NCBI GenBank assembly: GCA_963750165.1
Contig: CAVVPN010000003.1
Coordinates: 2,112,001 to 2,176,000 of the forward strand
Direction of reading: 5' to 3'
DNA length: 64,000 nucleotides
Source: an uncultured Gemmataceae bacterium
GTDB taxonomy: Bacteria > Planctomycetota > Planctomycetia > Gemmatales > Gemmataceae
This document shows, in pieces, positions 1 through 9,093 of the stretch (positions within the stretch are counted from its first letter, which is position 1; each line of letters opens with the position of its first letter). A program made the translations under genes and the position numbers. The notes under the pieces were generated by a model. The model made no database searches, was not told the DNA's origin, and saw only the letters and a list, made by a program, of their open reading frames with translations.

Positions 1-55
1 CGTCGGCCTGACCGTTGCCGAAGAAGTAGACGTAAGACGTGGCGTCGGTGCTCAT
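1..55 (-). CDS. ppdK: Pyruvate, phosphate dikinase, 5' end only (runs off the window)
   Basis: Reverse strand from ATG at 55 reads MSTDATSYVYFFGNGQAD, resembling the YVYFFG.G.ADG N-terminus of PPDK; only 18 codons visible. Confidence 0.6.
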   Translation of the reverse strand, partial: MSTDATSYVYFFGNGQAD

Positions 56-210
56 GCCAAAACGATCCCCAGGCGCTGCCTCACGTTGAAACCACCGCCA
101 AACCTCCAGTTGAACGTATGGGCGACCCCGGGCCGCAGCAACCGCTGAGCGTGGGCGGTCGGCGGCCTTCCTATAATGATGTGAGACAATCATAATTTGA
201 GGATCTTGCG

Positions 211-1422
211 ATGCGGTTTGCACTCCTGGGCGATCATCCCGACGGCCTGGACGTGGCGCGGGCGCTGGCCGAGTCGGGCCGGCATCAGCTGGCCATGTAC
301 TCTGGTCCCGTCGCGGGCGCGGACACCCTGCGCCGCTGGGATCTGACGCCGCGCGCCGTCGGCGACGTGGAGGAAGTGCTGGCCGACCCCACCATTGACG
401 CGGTGGTCGTCGCCGGGGCCGCGGCGGTGCGGCCGGCGCAACTGCGGCGGGCGCTGCAGTCCGAGCGGCCCGTGCTGTGCGTCCACCCCGCTGACCAGGG
501 CCCCGATTTCGCCTACGAGGCGGCGATGCTCCAGACCGACACCGGTCAGTTCGTCGTGCCGCTGTTGCCGGAGGCGCTGCACCCCGCGTTCGGCCGCCTG
601 GCAGAACTGCTGAAGCAGCACGGGCCGCTGCTGCTGCTGGAGGTCGAGCGCTGGTCGGCGGAGTCGTTGCTACTGGAAGCGGACACCGCCGGCCACAAGC
701 CAAGCCTGCCCGGCTGGGACGTGCTACGACGGCTCGGCGGCGAGGTGGCGGAGGTGTCGGCACTCGCCGAGACGCAGGAACTGGACGCGGAAGCGCCGCT
801 GCTACTGGCGGGCCGGTTCGAGCGCGGCGGGCTGTTCCAGGTGACGCTGGCACCGCGGCGGCCCGAGGCACGCTGGCGGCTGGCGGCGCTGACCGCTTTC
901 CAGCGCATCGAACTTCTGTTCCCGCAGGGCTGGCCGGGGCCGGCGCGGCTGACCTGGCGCGACGAAACCGGCGCGGCACGCGAGGAAGCCTACCCGACGT
1001 GGAATCCGTGGCCGGCGCTGGCGGAGGCGTTCGAGCGGGCCGCGGCGGCGCGGCGGCCGGACCTGGTGACGCCGGCCTGGCAGGACGCCGTGCGCTGCCT
1101 GGAACTGGACGATGCGGCGCGGCGCAGCGTGGAGAAGCGGCGGTCGAGCGTGCTGGAGTACCAGGAAGCGACCGAGGAGGCCAGCTTCAAGGGCAGCATG
1201 ACGTTGCTGGGCTGCGGTCTGTTGTGGGGCAGTTTGGTGCTGCTGATCCTGTCGCGCTGGTGGCCGTGGCTGGGCTGGGTCATCGCGCCCTTGTTCGGCG
1301 TGTTTCTGCTGATGCAGGTGCTGCGCTGGCTGGTGCCGCCGCGGCCGGAGCCGCCGCCGAAAGCGGAGCAGCAGCGACCGGACACCGCCTCGACGGCGAT
1401 CACTGCACGGGACCGGCCCTGA
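211..1422 (+). CDS. Gfo/Idh/MocA-like oxidoreductase with C-terminal membrane anchor
   Basis: 403-aa ORF; Rossmann-like start MRFALLG, DVEEVLADPTIDAVVVA motif, two hydrophobic C-terminal helices; TATAAT at 172-177 upstream. Confidence 0.7.
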   Translation: MRFALLGDHPDGLDVARALAESGRHQLAMYSGPVAGADTLRRWDLTPRAVGDVEEVLADPTIDAVVVAGAAAVRPAQLRRALQSERPVLCVHPADQGPDFAYEAAMLQTDTGQFVVPLLPEALHPAFGRLAELLKQHGPLLLLEVERWSAESLLLEADTAGHKPSLPGWDVLRRLGGEVAEVSALAETQELDAEAPLLLAGRFERGGLFQVTLAPRRPEARWRLAALTAFQRIELLFPQGWPGPARLTWRDETGAAREEAYPTWNPWPALAEAFERAAAARRPDLVTPAWQDAVRCLELDDAARRSVEKRRSSVLEYQEATEEASFKGSMTLLGCGLLWGSLVLLILSRWWPWLGWVIAPLFGVFLLMQVLRWLVPPRPEPPPKAEQQRPDTASTAITARDRP

Positions 1423-1500
1423 GCGGTTCCCACGTGGTTCGCGCAGGGGTGGTGGGACGGCGGGCACGACCTGACGTCCAGCGGCCTGGCGTGTCGTAGC

Positions 1501-1530
1501 AAGGACGCCAAGAACGCCAAGAACGCCAAC
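1501..1530. repeat. Short 9-bp tandem repeat (AAGAACGCC-like x3)
   Basis: aaggacgcc aagaacgcc aagaacgcc aac between convergent genes. Confidence 0.7.
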
Positions 1531-1653
1531 TTTTTCACACGTCGAGATGTCACTCACTGGCCCCGTGCGGGTGGCACGACTCGACAACAAGAAATGGTAT
1601 GACGCCCTCCATGCGACCCTTACCCTGTGATCTTTACTCGCCCTGGGAACGCT

Positions 1654-2361
1654 TTATGCGCTGGGACCACCAGAGGCACTTTGCGCAGGGCTCTCGACAG
1701 GCTGGGCAGGCGTCGCTAACCGCCGCCGCGCACGCCGGTGCCGCAGCGCCTCCGCTCCGGCCACCCACAGCGCCAGCCACGCCCCACCCGCGCACATTCC
1801 GCCGAGCACGTCCGTCATCCAGTGCGCCCGCAAATACACCCGGGTCGTCGCCACGAGCAGCACCGCCGCGCACAGCAGCGCCGCCACCAGCGACCGCCGG
1901 CCACGGCCCCAGCGCACGTAGCAGTAGCCCAGCAGGCCGAAGTTGATCGTCGCCGCCATCGTGTGGCCGCTCGGATAGCTGGGGTCGGCGTGGTGTGCCA
2001 TCGCGTCGCGCAGTGCCAGCGGCGGCCGCGGCCGGGCGTAGACCTGTTTCAGCGACAGGTTCAACTCGTGGCCGCCCAGCGCGACCAGCACGTATAGCAC
2101 CGCCAGCGCAACGCGCCGCCGCCACAGCAGCACCAGCAGCGCCAGCACGCCCGCCGGTCCCAGCACCGCCCAGTCGCCCAGGTGGGTCGCCTGACGCATC
2201 AGCCACAGCAGTTCCGGGTGCTCCGCCGCGTGGCGGGTTGCCGCCTCGGTCCAGCTCCGGTCGAACGCCGCGGTGCGGCCCGCCATCACGTTCAGCGTCA
2301 GCAGCTGAAACAGGGCCAGCAGCAGAAACCCCAGCGCCCCCAGTCTCCACACCTTGCGCAC
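1654..2361 (-). CDS. PAP2-family membrane phosphatase
   Basis: Motifs K..Y.RPRP, SYPSGH, TRVYLRAHW.TDV; GTG start at 2361 chosen because GGAGG lies upstream. Confidence 0.85.
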   Translation of the reverse strand: MRKVWRLGALGFLLLALFQLLTLNVMAGRTAAFDRSWTEAATRHAAEHPELLWLMRQATHLGDWAVLGPAGVLALLVLLWRRRVALAVLYVLVALGGHELNLSLKQVYARPRPPLALRDAMAHHADPSYPSGHTMAATINFGLLGYCYVRWGRGRRSLVAALLCAAVLLVATTRVYLRAHWMTDVLGGMCAGGAWLALWVAGAEALRHRRARRRLATPAQPVESPAQSASGGPSA

Positions 2362-2419
2362 ACGCTTTCCTCCGTTGTACGGGCTGCCCGGCTTGTTGCT
2401 GGTCCGAGCCCGAGCGCCA

Positions 2420-2794
2420 GTTTGGAGACTGCGCTCTATGTGGATCGGAAATATGGGTGGTGATCTCCTGTTCGGCAGCCGCCGCGGCAGAGTCGCCACT
2501 CATTTTATCCAGTAAGGCCCGCAAGCGCTGCTGGCCGTTGGCGTCCTCCGCCAGAGCGAGCAGAACTTCGAGGTCGTTCCGCTGAGCCTGTTGACGGACC
2601 TTCGGTACTCTTGCCCATAAAGTTACCAAAGCAGGTCTGGAAGCGCGGCAGCGAAGTTGCGAAGATCATAACCACCTCTGGGTGTGGGTGTTTATAGCGA
2701 CCGTTCACAGCAGAGAACGGACCCGATCCCCCAGAGGGTTTTTGTTCACAAGTTCGCCTGAATTTGCTACCTGGATCGCGCACAGTCTCAAAAC
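2420..2794 (-). mobile_element. MITE / internally deleted insertion sequence (375 bp)
   Basis: Terminal inverted repeats GTTTGGAGACTGCGCTCTAT vs GTTTTGAGACTGTGCGCGAT (16/20); direct repeat GCGCCA at 2414-2419 and 2795-2800; out-of-frame transposase-like N- and C-terminal remnants inside. Confidence 0.85.
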
Positions 2795-2806
2795 GCGCCA
2801 GCGAGG

Positions 2807-2854
2807 TCGGAGCCCGAGCGCCAGCGCGGGGCAGCGCTGGCGCTCGGGCTCCGA
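2807..2854. repeat. REP-like palindrome, family A
   Basis: tcggagcccgagcgccagcgc-ggggca-gcgctggcgctcgggctccga; same arm recurs elsewhere in the window. Confidence 0.85.
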
Positions 2855-3017
2855 GTGGGACGTCCGCCAGCCCTCCGGGTTCTCCGCCGGAACTGAATTC
2901 ACCTGGAGGGAGGCCCTTTTTCACGATTTTGTCTCACTTTCTGTTCCTCGGGGTGAACACGTGGCTTATACTTCCTTTAAGAGCTTTGCCTGATTCCCAC
3001 CCCGAAAGGTGCCGTGC

Positions 3018-4667
3018 ATGGATCCGGCTGTCGCGTTGCTGTCCGCCCCGCCGCCCGCCGTTATGGAAGACCGCACCCCCGCGGCGCTGCAATTTCTCCA
3101 GGATCTGTTACAGTCCCCGCCGGGCGAGGCGTCCACGCCGACGGAACTGCTCGGCGGCCTGGCCCGCGCCTTCGCCGCCCGCGGCGCCGGGGTGGCCACG
3201 CCGCTTGATGCCACGCCCGTCGTCCGCCTGCACGTCCAGGCCGATGGCCAGCCGGAACTCACGCCGCGCTTCCCCTGGGACGAACAGACCGACCTGCTTG
3301 GCCGCGTCCGCGAGGCCGCCGCGGCGCTGCCGGCCCGCACCGCCGACGGCACCGCCTGGCTGTGCGCCGCCGTGCCCACGTCGGCGGCCGGCGGCTGGCT
3401 GCTGTGGTTGACCGCCGACGCGCCGCGCGCCTGGAGCGGCGGCGAGGCCGCGGCGCTCGCTCTGGCCGGGCAGACGCTGGACCGCCTGGCCCACCCGGGG
3501 GTGTCGCGGGCCGCCTGGCCGGAGGCGCTTGAGCGGCTGCGGTTGCAGCGCCGCCTGGAAATCACTGCCACGGCGACCAGTCGCCTGGCGCACGACTTTG
3601 GCAATCTGCTGACTGGCATCCTCGGCTTCGCGGAACTGGGCCTGGCGCAGCTGCCCGAGGGATCGGCGCCGGCCCGCTTCGTCGGCGAGGTGCGCGACGC
3701 GGCCCTGCGCGGCGCCGACTGGGTGCGCAAGTTGCAACTGTTCTCGCGCCGCCGGGCCCGCGCCGCCTGGCCCACGTCGCTGGTGGCGACGCTGCGCGAA
3801 GAAGAGGCCCGCGTGCAGCTGACCTGGGCCGGCCGCGTTGCCCTGTGCTGCGACGTGCCGGCGTTCTTGCCGCCGGTGGCGCTTGACCCGGAAGCCCTGC
3901 GCGAGGTGCTCGGCCAGGTGCTCGACAACGCCGGCGAGGCCGTCCACGACTCCGGCACCGTCACGGTGGCGGCGCGGCCGGTCGTGCTGACGGCGGAAGA
4001 CTGCCTGGGTCTGTTCGGCAACGCCCAGCCGGGAACGCACGTGGAGGTGACCGTCACGGACACGGGCGCCGGCCTGAGCCCGGAGGCACGCGGCCGGCTG
4101 GTGCGCGAGCTGTTCTTCAGCACGAAGCCGCAGCACCGCGGTCTGGGACTGGCGATCGTCTATGGCCTGCTGCACACCTTCCAGGGCGGTTTTCGGCTGG
4201 ACGCCGCGGCGGAGGGCGGCACGGCGGTGCGGTTGCTGCTGCCGGTCGGCCAGCAACCGCAGCCGCGGCCGTCGGCGGCCGATTCGGGCGGCCCGCACGT
4301 GCTGGTCGTGGACGACGATCCGATGATCCTGCGCCTGGTGGCGACGACGCTGGAACTGGCCGGCTACCGCGTGGACACGGCCGGCGGCGGCGCCGAGGCG
4401 CTGAACCGGCATGCCGCGGCGCCGCCCTACCAGCTGGTCATCAGCGACATCGTGATGCCGCAGCTCAGCGGTTTCGAGCTGGCCCACCAGCTGCTGGGCC
4501 GGCAGCCAGACGTGAACCTCCTGTTCATCAGCAGCGACGTGTTCGTGTCCCGGCTGCGTCAGGAAAAAACGCTACGCGTCTTTGAACTGCTGGTTAAACC
4601 CTTTCGCCCGGAAGCGCTGCTGCAGGCGGTGCGGCGGTCGCTGGATCATCCACGAAGTTTTGGCTAG
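3018..4667 (+). CDS. Hybrid sensor histidine kinase (degenerate GAF-like, HisKA, HATPase, receiver)
   Basis: H-box RLAHDFGNLLTGILG, N-box LDNAGEA, G1 DTGAG, G2 STK...GLGL, receiver VLVVDDD...SDIVMP...KPF. Confidence 0.9.
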   Translation: MDPAVALLSAPPPAVMEDRTPAALQFLQDLLQSPPGEASTPTELLGGLARAFAARGAGVATPLDATPVVRLHVQADGQPELTPRFPWDEQTDLLGRVREAAAALPARTADGTAWLCAAVPTSAAGGWLLWLTADAPRAWSGGEAAALALAGQTLDRLAHPGVSRAAWPEALERLRLQRRLEITATATSRLAHDFGNLLTGILGFAELGLAQLPEGSAPARFVGEVRDAALRGADWVRKLQLFSRRRARAAWPTSLVATLREEEARVQLTWAGRVALCCDVPAFLPPVALDPEALREVLGQVLDNAGEAVHDSGTVTVAARPVVLTAEDCLGLFGNAQPGTHVEVTVTDTGAGLSPEARGRLVRELFFSTKPQHRGLGLAIVYGLLHTFQGGFRLDAAAEGGTAVRLLLPVGQQPQPRPSAADSGGPHVLVVDDDPMILRLVATTLELAGYRVDTAGGGAEALNRHAAAPPYQLVISDIVMPQLSGFELAHQLLGRQPDVNLLFISSDVFVSRLRQEKTLRVFELLVKPFRPEALLQAVRRSLDHPRSFG

Positions 4668-4712
4668 GCGGGCGAGGTTTCCCGGCCCTGGCGCTGGCCC
4701 GTTATTCAGGAG

Positions 4713-5453
4713 ATGAACTTGCACACGAACGGCAACCCTCCCCAGGGTGCGGGCGTCGATCCGGACACCGAAGGCGTCCCGTCCCTGTCCGAGCGCTGGC
4801 AGAGCCCGCGCGACCCGAAACGGGACCAGAACCGGCTGCACTGTTCGGGCGAGGTGCGCGTGCTGATTCTGGACGACGACGCGGCCATCTGCCGGCTGAT
4901 CCAGGCCGCCCTGTCGCACCACGACTTTCACGTGGACGCGGTGTCCGACCCGACGAAGATGGAGGCCCAGCTGCACGAGCAGACGTACCATGTGGTAATC
5001 CTGGACTACGTGCTGCCGGGGTTGGAGTCGGACCAGGTGTTGACGTGGGTGCGCGAGACGCAACCGGACGCGAGCATCATCGTGGTGACGGCGTATCCGT
5101 CGATGGACAGCGCGCTGCAGTGCCTGCGGGCGCACACCTACGACTACCTGACGAAGCCGTTCCAGGTGGAGCAGTTGCAGAAGACGGTGACGCGCTGCCT
5201 GGAGAGTCGGGGCCTGTTGCGCATGTCGGAGAAGGCATTGAACCAGGCCCTGGGTGCGGCGATCCGCGAGCGCCGCAAGGCCATGGGCCTGACGCTGGCG
5301 GACATGGCGAAGCGCACGGAGGTGTCGCTGGGCTACCTGTCGCAGATCGAACTGGGCAAGAATTCGGCGTCGATTGAGACGCTGTACAAGATCGCGCTGG
5401 GGCTGCGCGTCCGCATCGCGGACCTGTTCCAGAGCGTGCAGGCGTCCGGCTGA
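4713..5453 (+). CDS. Response regulator with C-terminal XRE/Cro-CI helix-turn-helix
   Basis: Receiver LILDDD...ILDYVLPG...LTKPF followed by IRERRKAMGLTLADMAKRTEVSLGYLSQIELGK. Confidence 0.9.
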   Translation: MNLHTNGNPPQGAGVDPDTEGVPSLSERWQSPRDPKRDQNRLHCSGEVRVLILDDDAAICRLIQAALSHHDFHVDAVSDPTKMEAQLHEQTYHVVILDYVLPGLESDQVLTWVRETQPDASIIVVTAYPSMDSALQCLRAHTYDYLTKPFQVEQLQKTVTRCLESRGLLRMSEKALNQALGAAIRERRKAMGLTLADMAKRTEVSLGYLSQIELGKNSASIETLYKIALGLRVRIADLFQSVQASG

Positions 5454-5454
5454 C

Positions 5455-5558
5455 CGCGCGGGATGCAGAGCGCCAAGCCGCAAGCGGCAGAACTGAAGGG
5501 ATGGCGCGTCCGCCCTTCAGTTCTGCCGCTTGCGGCTTGGCGCTCTGCATCCCGCGCG
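5455..5558. repeat. Long hairpin with 46-bp perfect arms (REP-like / terminator)
   Basis: 5455-5500 is the reverse complement of 5513-5558; contains AAGCCGCAAGCGGC. Confidence 0.9.
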
Positions 5559-5597
5559 CGGCTCGAATGATCCTGTGGCGGCGGCGGAGGTTCGGTC

Positions 5598-6581
5598 GTG
5601 GACGTGCTGCACACGGCGAGTCGGTTGCACTTCGGCCTGTTCCGCCTCAGCGCGGAGCAGTGCTGGCCGGACGCGCAGGGCGCCGAGGTGCTGCCGGCCC
5701 GGCAGTTCGGCGGCGTCGGCCTCATGGTCGAGGCGCCAGGCGTGCGCGTGTGCCGCGCCGACGCCCACGCCTGGTCCGCGGCCGGCCCGCTGGCCGGGCG
5801 TGCCCTGGCGTTCGCCGACGCCTTCGCCGCGAGCCTGCCGACCGACGCCGTGCTGCCGCCGCAGCGGTTGGTGATCGACCAAGCGCCGCCGGAGCACGCC
5901 GGGTTGGGCGTCGGCACACAACTGGGGCTGGCGGTGGCGCGGCTGCTGGCGGTGCGCGCCGGCCTGGCAAAACTGGACGCCGTGGAGCTGGCGCAGCGCG
6001 TCGGCCGCGGCCTGCGGTCGGCGCTGGGCGTCCACGGCTTCGCGCGCGGCGGCTTTCTGGTGGAGGCGGGCAAGCGCGGCCCGCCCCTGGCGCCGCTGGT
6101 GGCGCGGCTGGAATTCCCGGAAGCGTGGCGGCTGGTGCTGGCGCTGCCGCCCGGCGACGCGGGGCTGCACGGCGAGCGCGAGGCGGCGGCGCTGGCGCGA
6201 CTGCCGGCCGTCCCGCTGGCGGCGACGGACGCGCTGTGCCGGCTGGTGCTGCTGGGCATGCTGCCGGCGCTGGCGGAGGCGGACACGGCGGCGTTCGGAG
6301 CGGCGCTGTACGACTTCAACCGTCGTGTCGGCGAATGGTTCGCGCCAGTGCAGGGCGGCGTCTACGCGCATGGGGGGACGGCGGCGGTGGTGGAGTTTGT
6401 GCGGCGCCAGGGCGTCGCGGGCGTCGGCCAGAGTTCGTGGGGGCCGACGGTGTTCGCGGTGCTACCGGACGCGGCGCGGGCCGAGGATTTGGCGGCGCGG
6501 CTGCGGCGGCGCTTCGGTTTGGAGGGCGGCGCGGTGACCGTGACGCGGGCGGCCAACCTGGGGGCGAGCGAGCAGCCATGA
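5598..6581 (+). CDS. mptG: Beta-ribofuranosylaminobenzene 5'-phosphate (beta-RFAP) synthase, GHMP superfamily
   Basis: TASRLHFGL, PEHAGLGVGTQL, GRG.RS.LG.HGF..GGF.VE.G, GQSSWGPT motifs. Confidence 0.85.
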   Translation: MDVLHTASRLHFGLFRLSAEQCWPDAQGAEVLPARQFGGVGLMVEAPGVRVCRADAHAWSAAGPLAGRALAFADAFAASLPTDAVLPPQRLVIDQAPPEHAGLGVGTQLGLAVARLLAVRAGLAKLDAVELAQRVGRGLRSALGVHGFARGGFLVEAGKRGPPLAPLVARLEFPEAWRLVLALPPGDAGLHGEREAAALARLPAVPLAATDALCRLVLLGMLPALAEADTAAFGAALYDFNRRVGEWFAPVQGGVYAHGGTAAVVEFVRRQGVAGVGQSSWGPTVFAVLPDAARAEDLAARLRRRFGLEGGAVTVTRAANLGASEQP

Positions 6582-6638
6582 ACCTGCGGCGCGTCTACAT
6601 CAAGAAGGCCCCGGGTATCGGCCCGCGAAGTGAGCAGG

Positions 6639-6662
6639 GGGGCAGACATTCCTGTCTGCCCC
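6639..6662. repeat. Short REP-like palindrome
   Basis: ggggcagaca-ttcc-tgtctgcccc. Confidence 0.75.
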
Positions 6663-6721
6663 ACGATTTTTTCCCTACGATGACCCCAGGTGCTGACATC
6701 CGCGCTGGGGGACACGGCGAC

Positions 6722-7661
6722 ATGAACTTCCGACCGCTGGGCCGCACCGGCCTGCAATTACCCTGGCTGAGCTTCGGCGCCTCGTCGCTCGGCCAGGAGT
6801 TCCGGCCCGTCGATCTCAACGAGGCGCTGCGCCGTCCGCGTCGCTCTCGAGCTGGGCATGACCTTTATCGATACCTCGCCCTTCTACGGCCGCGGCCTGA
6901 GCGAATGCCTGCTCGGCGTCGCCCTGCGCGGCGTGCCGCGCAACAGCTATTTGCTCGGCACCAAGCTCGGCCGCTACGACCGCGATCACTTCGACTTCTC
7001 CGCTCGCCGTGTTGTCGAGAGCGTCGATGTGAGCCTGCACCGCCTGGGCGTCGATTATCTCGACATCATGCTTTGCCATGACATCGAGTTCGTGGACATG
7101 CAGCAAATCGTGGACGAAACGCTGCCGGCGCTGCGCAAGCTTCAGCAGCAGGGTAAGGTCCGCTTCGTCGGCGTCAGCGGCTATCCGATGAAGCTGTTCC
7201 GCTTCGTGCTCGACCGCACAGACCTGGACGTGGTGCTGTCGTACAATCACTACACACTACAGAACACGATGCTGGCGGATCGGGTGTCGTACCTGAAGCA
7301 GAAGGGCGTCGGCGTCATGAACGCGGCGCCGTTCTCGGCGCGGCTGCTGACCAATCAACCGCTGCCGCCCTGGCACAAGGCGACCCCGGAAGTGCGCGAC
7401 GCCTGCCGCCGCGCCGCCCTGCACTGCACGAACCGCGGCGTGGACATCGCCCAGCTGGCGCTGCAATTTTCGATCGCGAACGAGGACATGGCCACCTGCA
7501 TCGTCGGCTCGGCGAACCCCGAGAACGTCCGCAAGTGGGTTGAGTGGGCCGAGACGCCGCTGGATCACAAGCTGCTGGGTGAGGTGCTGGAAATCTTGCG
7601 GCCGATTCACAACTGGTTCTACATTGAGGGCCGGCCCGAGAACAACGACACGCCGGGCTAA
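6722..7661 (+). CDS. Aldo/keto reductase (frameshift near 6830, probable assembly error)
   Basis: MNFRPLGRTGL..SFGASSLG in one frame joins VALELGMTFIDTSPFYG...LGTKLGRY...LCHDIE in another. Confidence 0.85.
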
Positions 7662-7698
7662 AGGCTGAGCCCGAACCGTCAAGGTGCTCCCTGTTCAT

Positions 7699-7735
7699 CC
7701 CCCCCGCTCGCCAAAGCGCGGGGGGCTTTTTGTTT
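7699..7735 (+). terminator. Putative intrinsic terminator
   Basis: GC hairpin cccccgc...gcgcggggg followed by TTTTTGTTT. Confidence 0.55.
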
Positions 7736-7802
7736 GCCTTGCCGCGGCACCTGCACTATCCTGACCCGCACGCAACCGGTCCCCCAGGAAAGGAGCACGC
7801 GC

Positions 7803-8918
7803 ATGGCCTCCGACAAGAAGATTCGCGTCGCCATCGTCGGTCTCGGTTTCGGCGCCGAGTTCATTCCCATCTATCAGCAGCACCCCAACGCGGAGCTGTA
7901 CGCCGTCTGCCGCCGCAACGAGAAGGCCCTGAACGAGTGCGGCGACCGCTTCGGCGTCAAGGTTCGCTATACCGACTACGCCAAACTCCTCGCCGACCCC
8001 AATGTCGATGCGGTCCACATCAACTCGCCCATCCCCGACCACGCGGCGCAGAGCCTGGCCGCCCTCAGGGCCGGCAAGCACGTCGCCTGCACCGTGCCGA
8101 TGGCCACCACCATCGAGGAGTGTGGCCAGCTCGTCGCGGCGCAACGCCAGACCGGCAAGGTCTACATGATGATGGAAACGGTTGTCTACAGCCGCGAATA
8201 TTTGTTCGCGAAGCAGCTGGCGGACTCCGGCGAACTGGGCCGCGTCCAGTTCCTGCGCGGCAGCCATCAGCAGGACATGGACGGTTGGCCGGACTACTGG
8301 CCGGGCCTGCCGCCAATGCACTACGCGACGCATTGCGTCAGCCCGTGCCTGGCGCTGCTGGGCAAGCACGCCGAGAGCGTTGTTTGCCACGGCTCGGGCC
8401 GCATCCGCGAGGAACTGATCGGCCGTTACGGCAGCCCGTTCGCGGTCGAGACGGCGACGTTCAAGATCACCGGCTCCGACGTGGTCGCAGAGGTGACGCG
8501 CAGCCTGTTCGACGTGGCCCGCCAGTACCGCGAGAGCTTCGACGTGACCGGCAGCAAGAAGAGCTTTGAATGGCAGCAGGTCGAGAACGAGGAGCCGGTG
8601 ATCCACACGAAGGGCCTGCCGGAGCCGCAGATTCCGAAGCGCGTCAAGGTCCCGGACTTCGCCCAGTTGCTGCCGGAGCCGATCCGCAAGTTCACGCAGC
8701 CGGCGGCCATCCAGGACGCGGAGCACCTGTCGTTCCTCCAGGGCGGCGGCCACGGCGGCTCGCACCCACACCTGGCGCACAACTGGCTGATGGCGATCCT
8801 GGGCGAGAAGCCGGCGCTGCCGGACGCGGCCACGTCGGCGAACTGGACGATGGTCGGGATTTGTGCTCACGAATCCGCGCTGAAGGGCGGCGAGCGGGTG
8901 ATGATTCCGAAGTTTTAA
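7803..8918 (+). CDS. Gfo/Idh/MocA family oxidoreductase
   Basis: IRVAIVGLGFG, LLADPNVDAVHINSP, GKHVACTVPM; AGGAG before ATG 7803. Confidence 0.9.
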   Translation: MASDKKIRVAIVGLGFGAEFIPIYQQHPNAELYAVCRRNEKALNECGDRFGVKVRYTDYAKLLADPNVDAVHINSPIPDHAAQSLAALRAGKHVACTVPMATTIEECGQLVAAQRQTGKVYMMMETVVYSREYLFAKQLADSGELGRVQFLRGSHQQDMDGWPDYWPGLPPMHYATHCVSPCLALLGKHAESVVCHGSGRIREELIGRYGSPFAVETATFKITGSDVVAEVTRSLFDVARQYRESFDVTGSKKSFEWQQVENEEPVIHTKGLPEPQIPKRVKVPDFAQLLPEPIRKFTQPAAIQDAEHLSFLQGGGHGGSHPHLAHNWLMAILGEKPALPDAATSANWTMVGICAHESALKGGERVMIPKF

Positions 8919-9093
8919 TCAGGAGGCGAAGTCCCCGGCAAGTTCGGCAAATCCGCTGCGGACGGCGAAGTCGGGTGGTCAGCGGCGGCGGGGCAAAGCG
9001 GCTCAAGTGGGGAATCCGGCGCTGCCGAAGAAAGGACCATCACGAGTTACTCCCCGTTCCGGGGACGAACCGCTTTGCAAGGAGTATCAGGCG

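Noticed and set aside
1634..2629. 331-aa minus-strand ORF as a real gene
   Set aside because: It is the MITE remnant reading on into an alternate frame of the PAP2 gene
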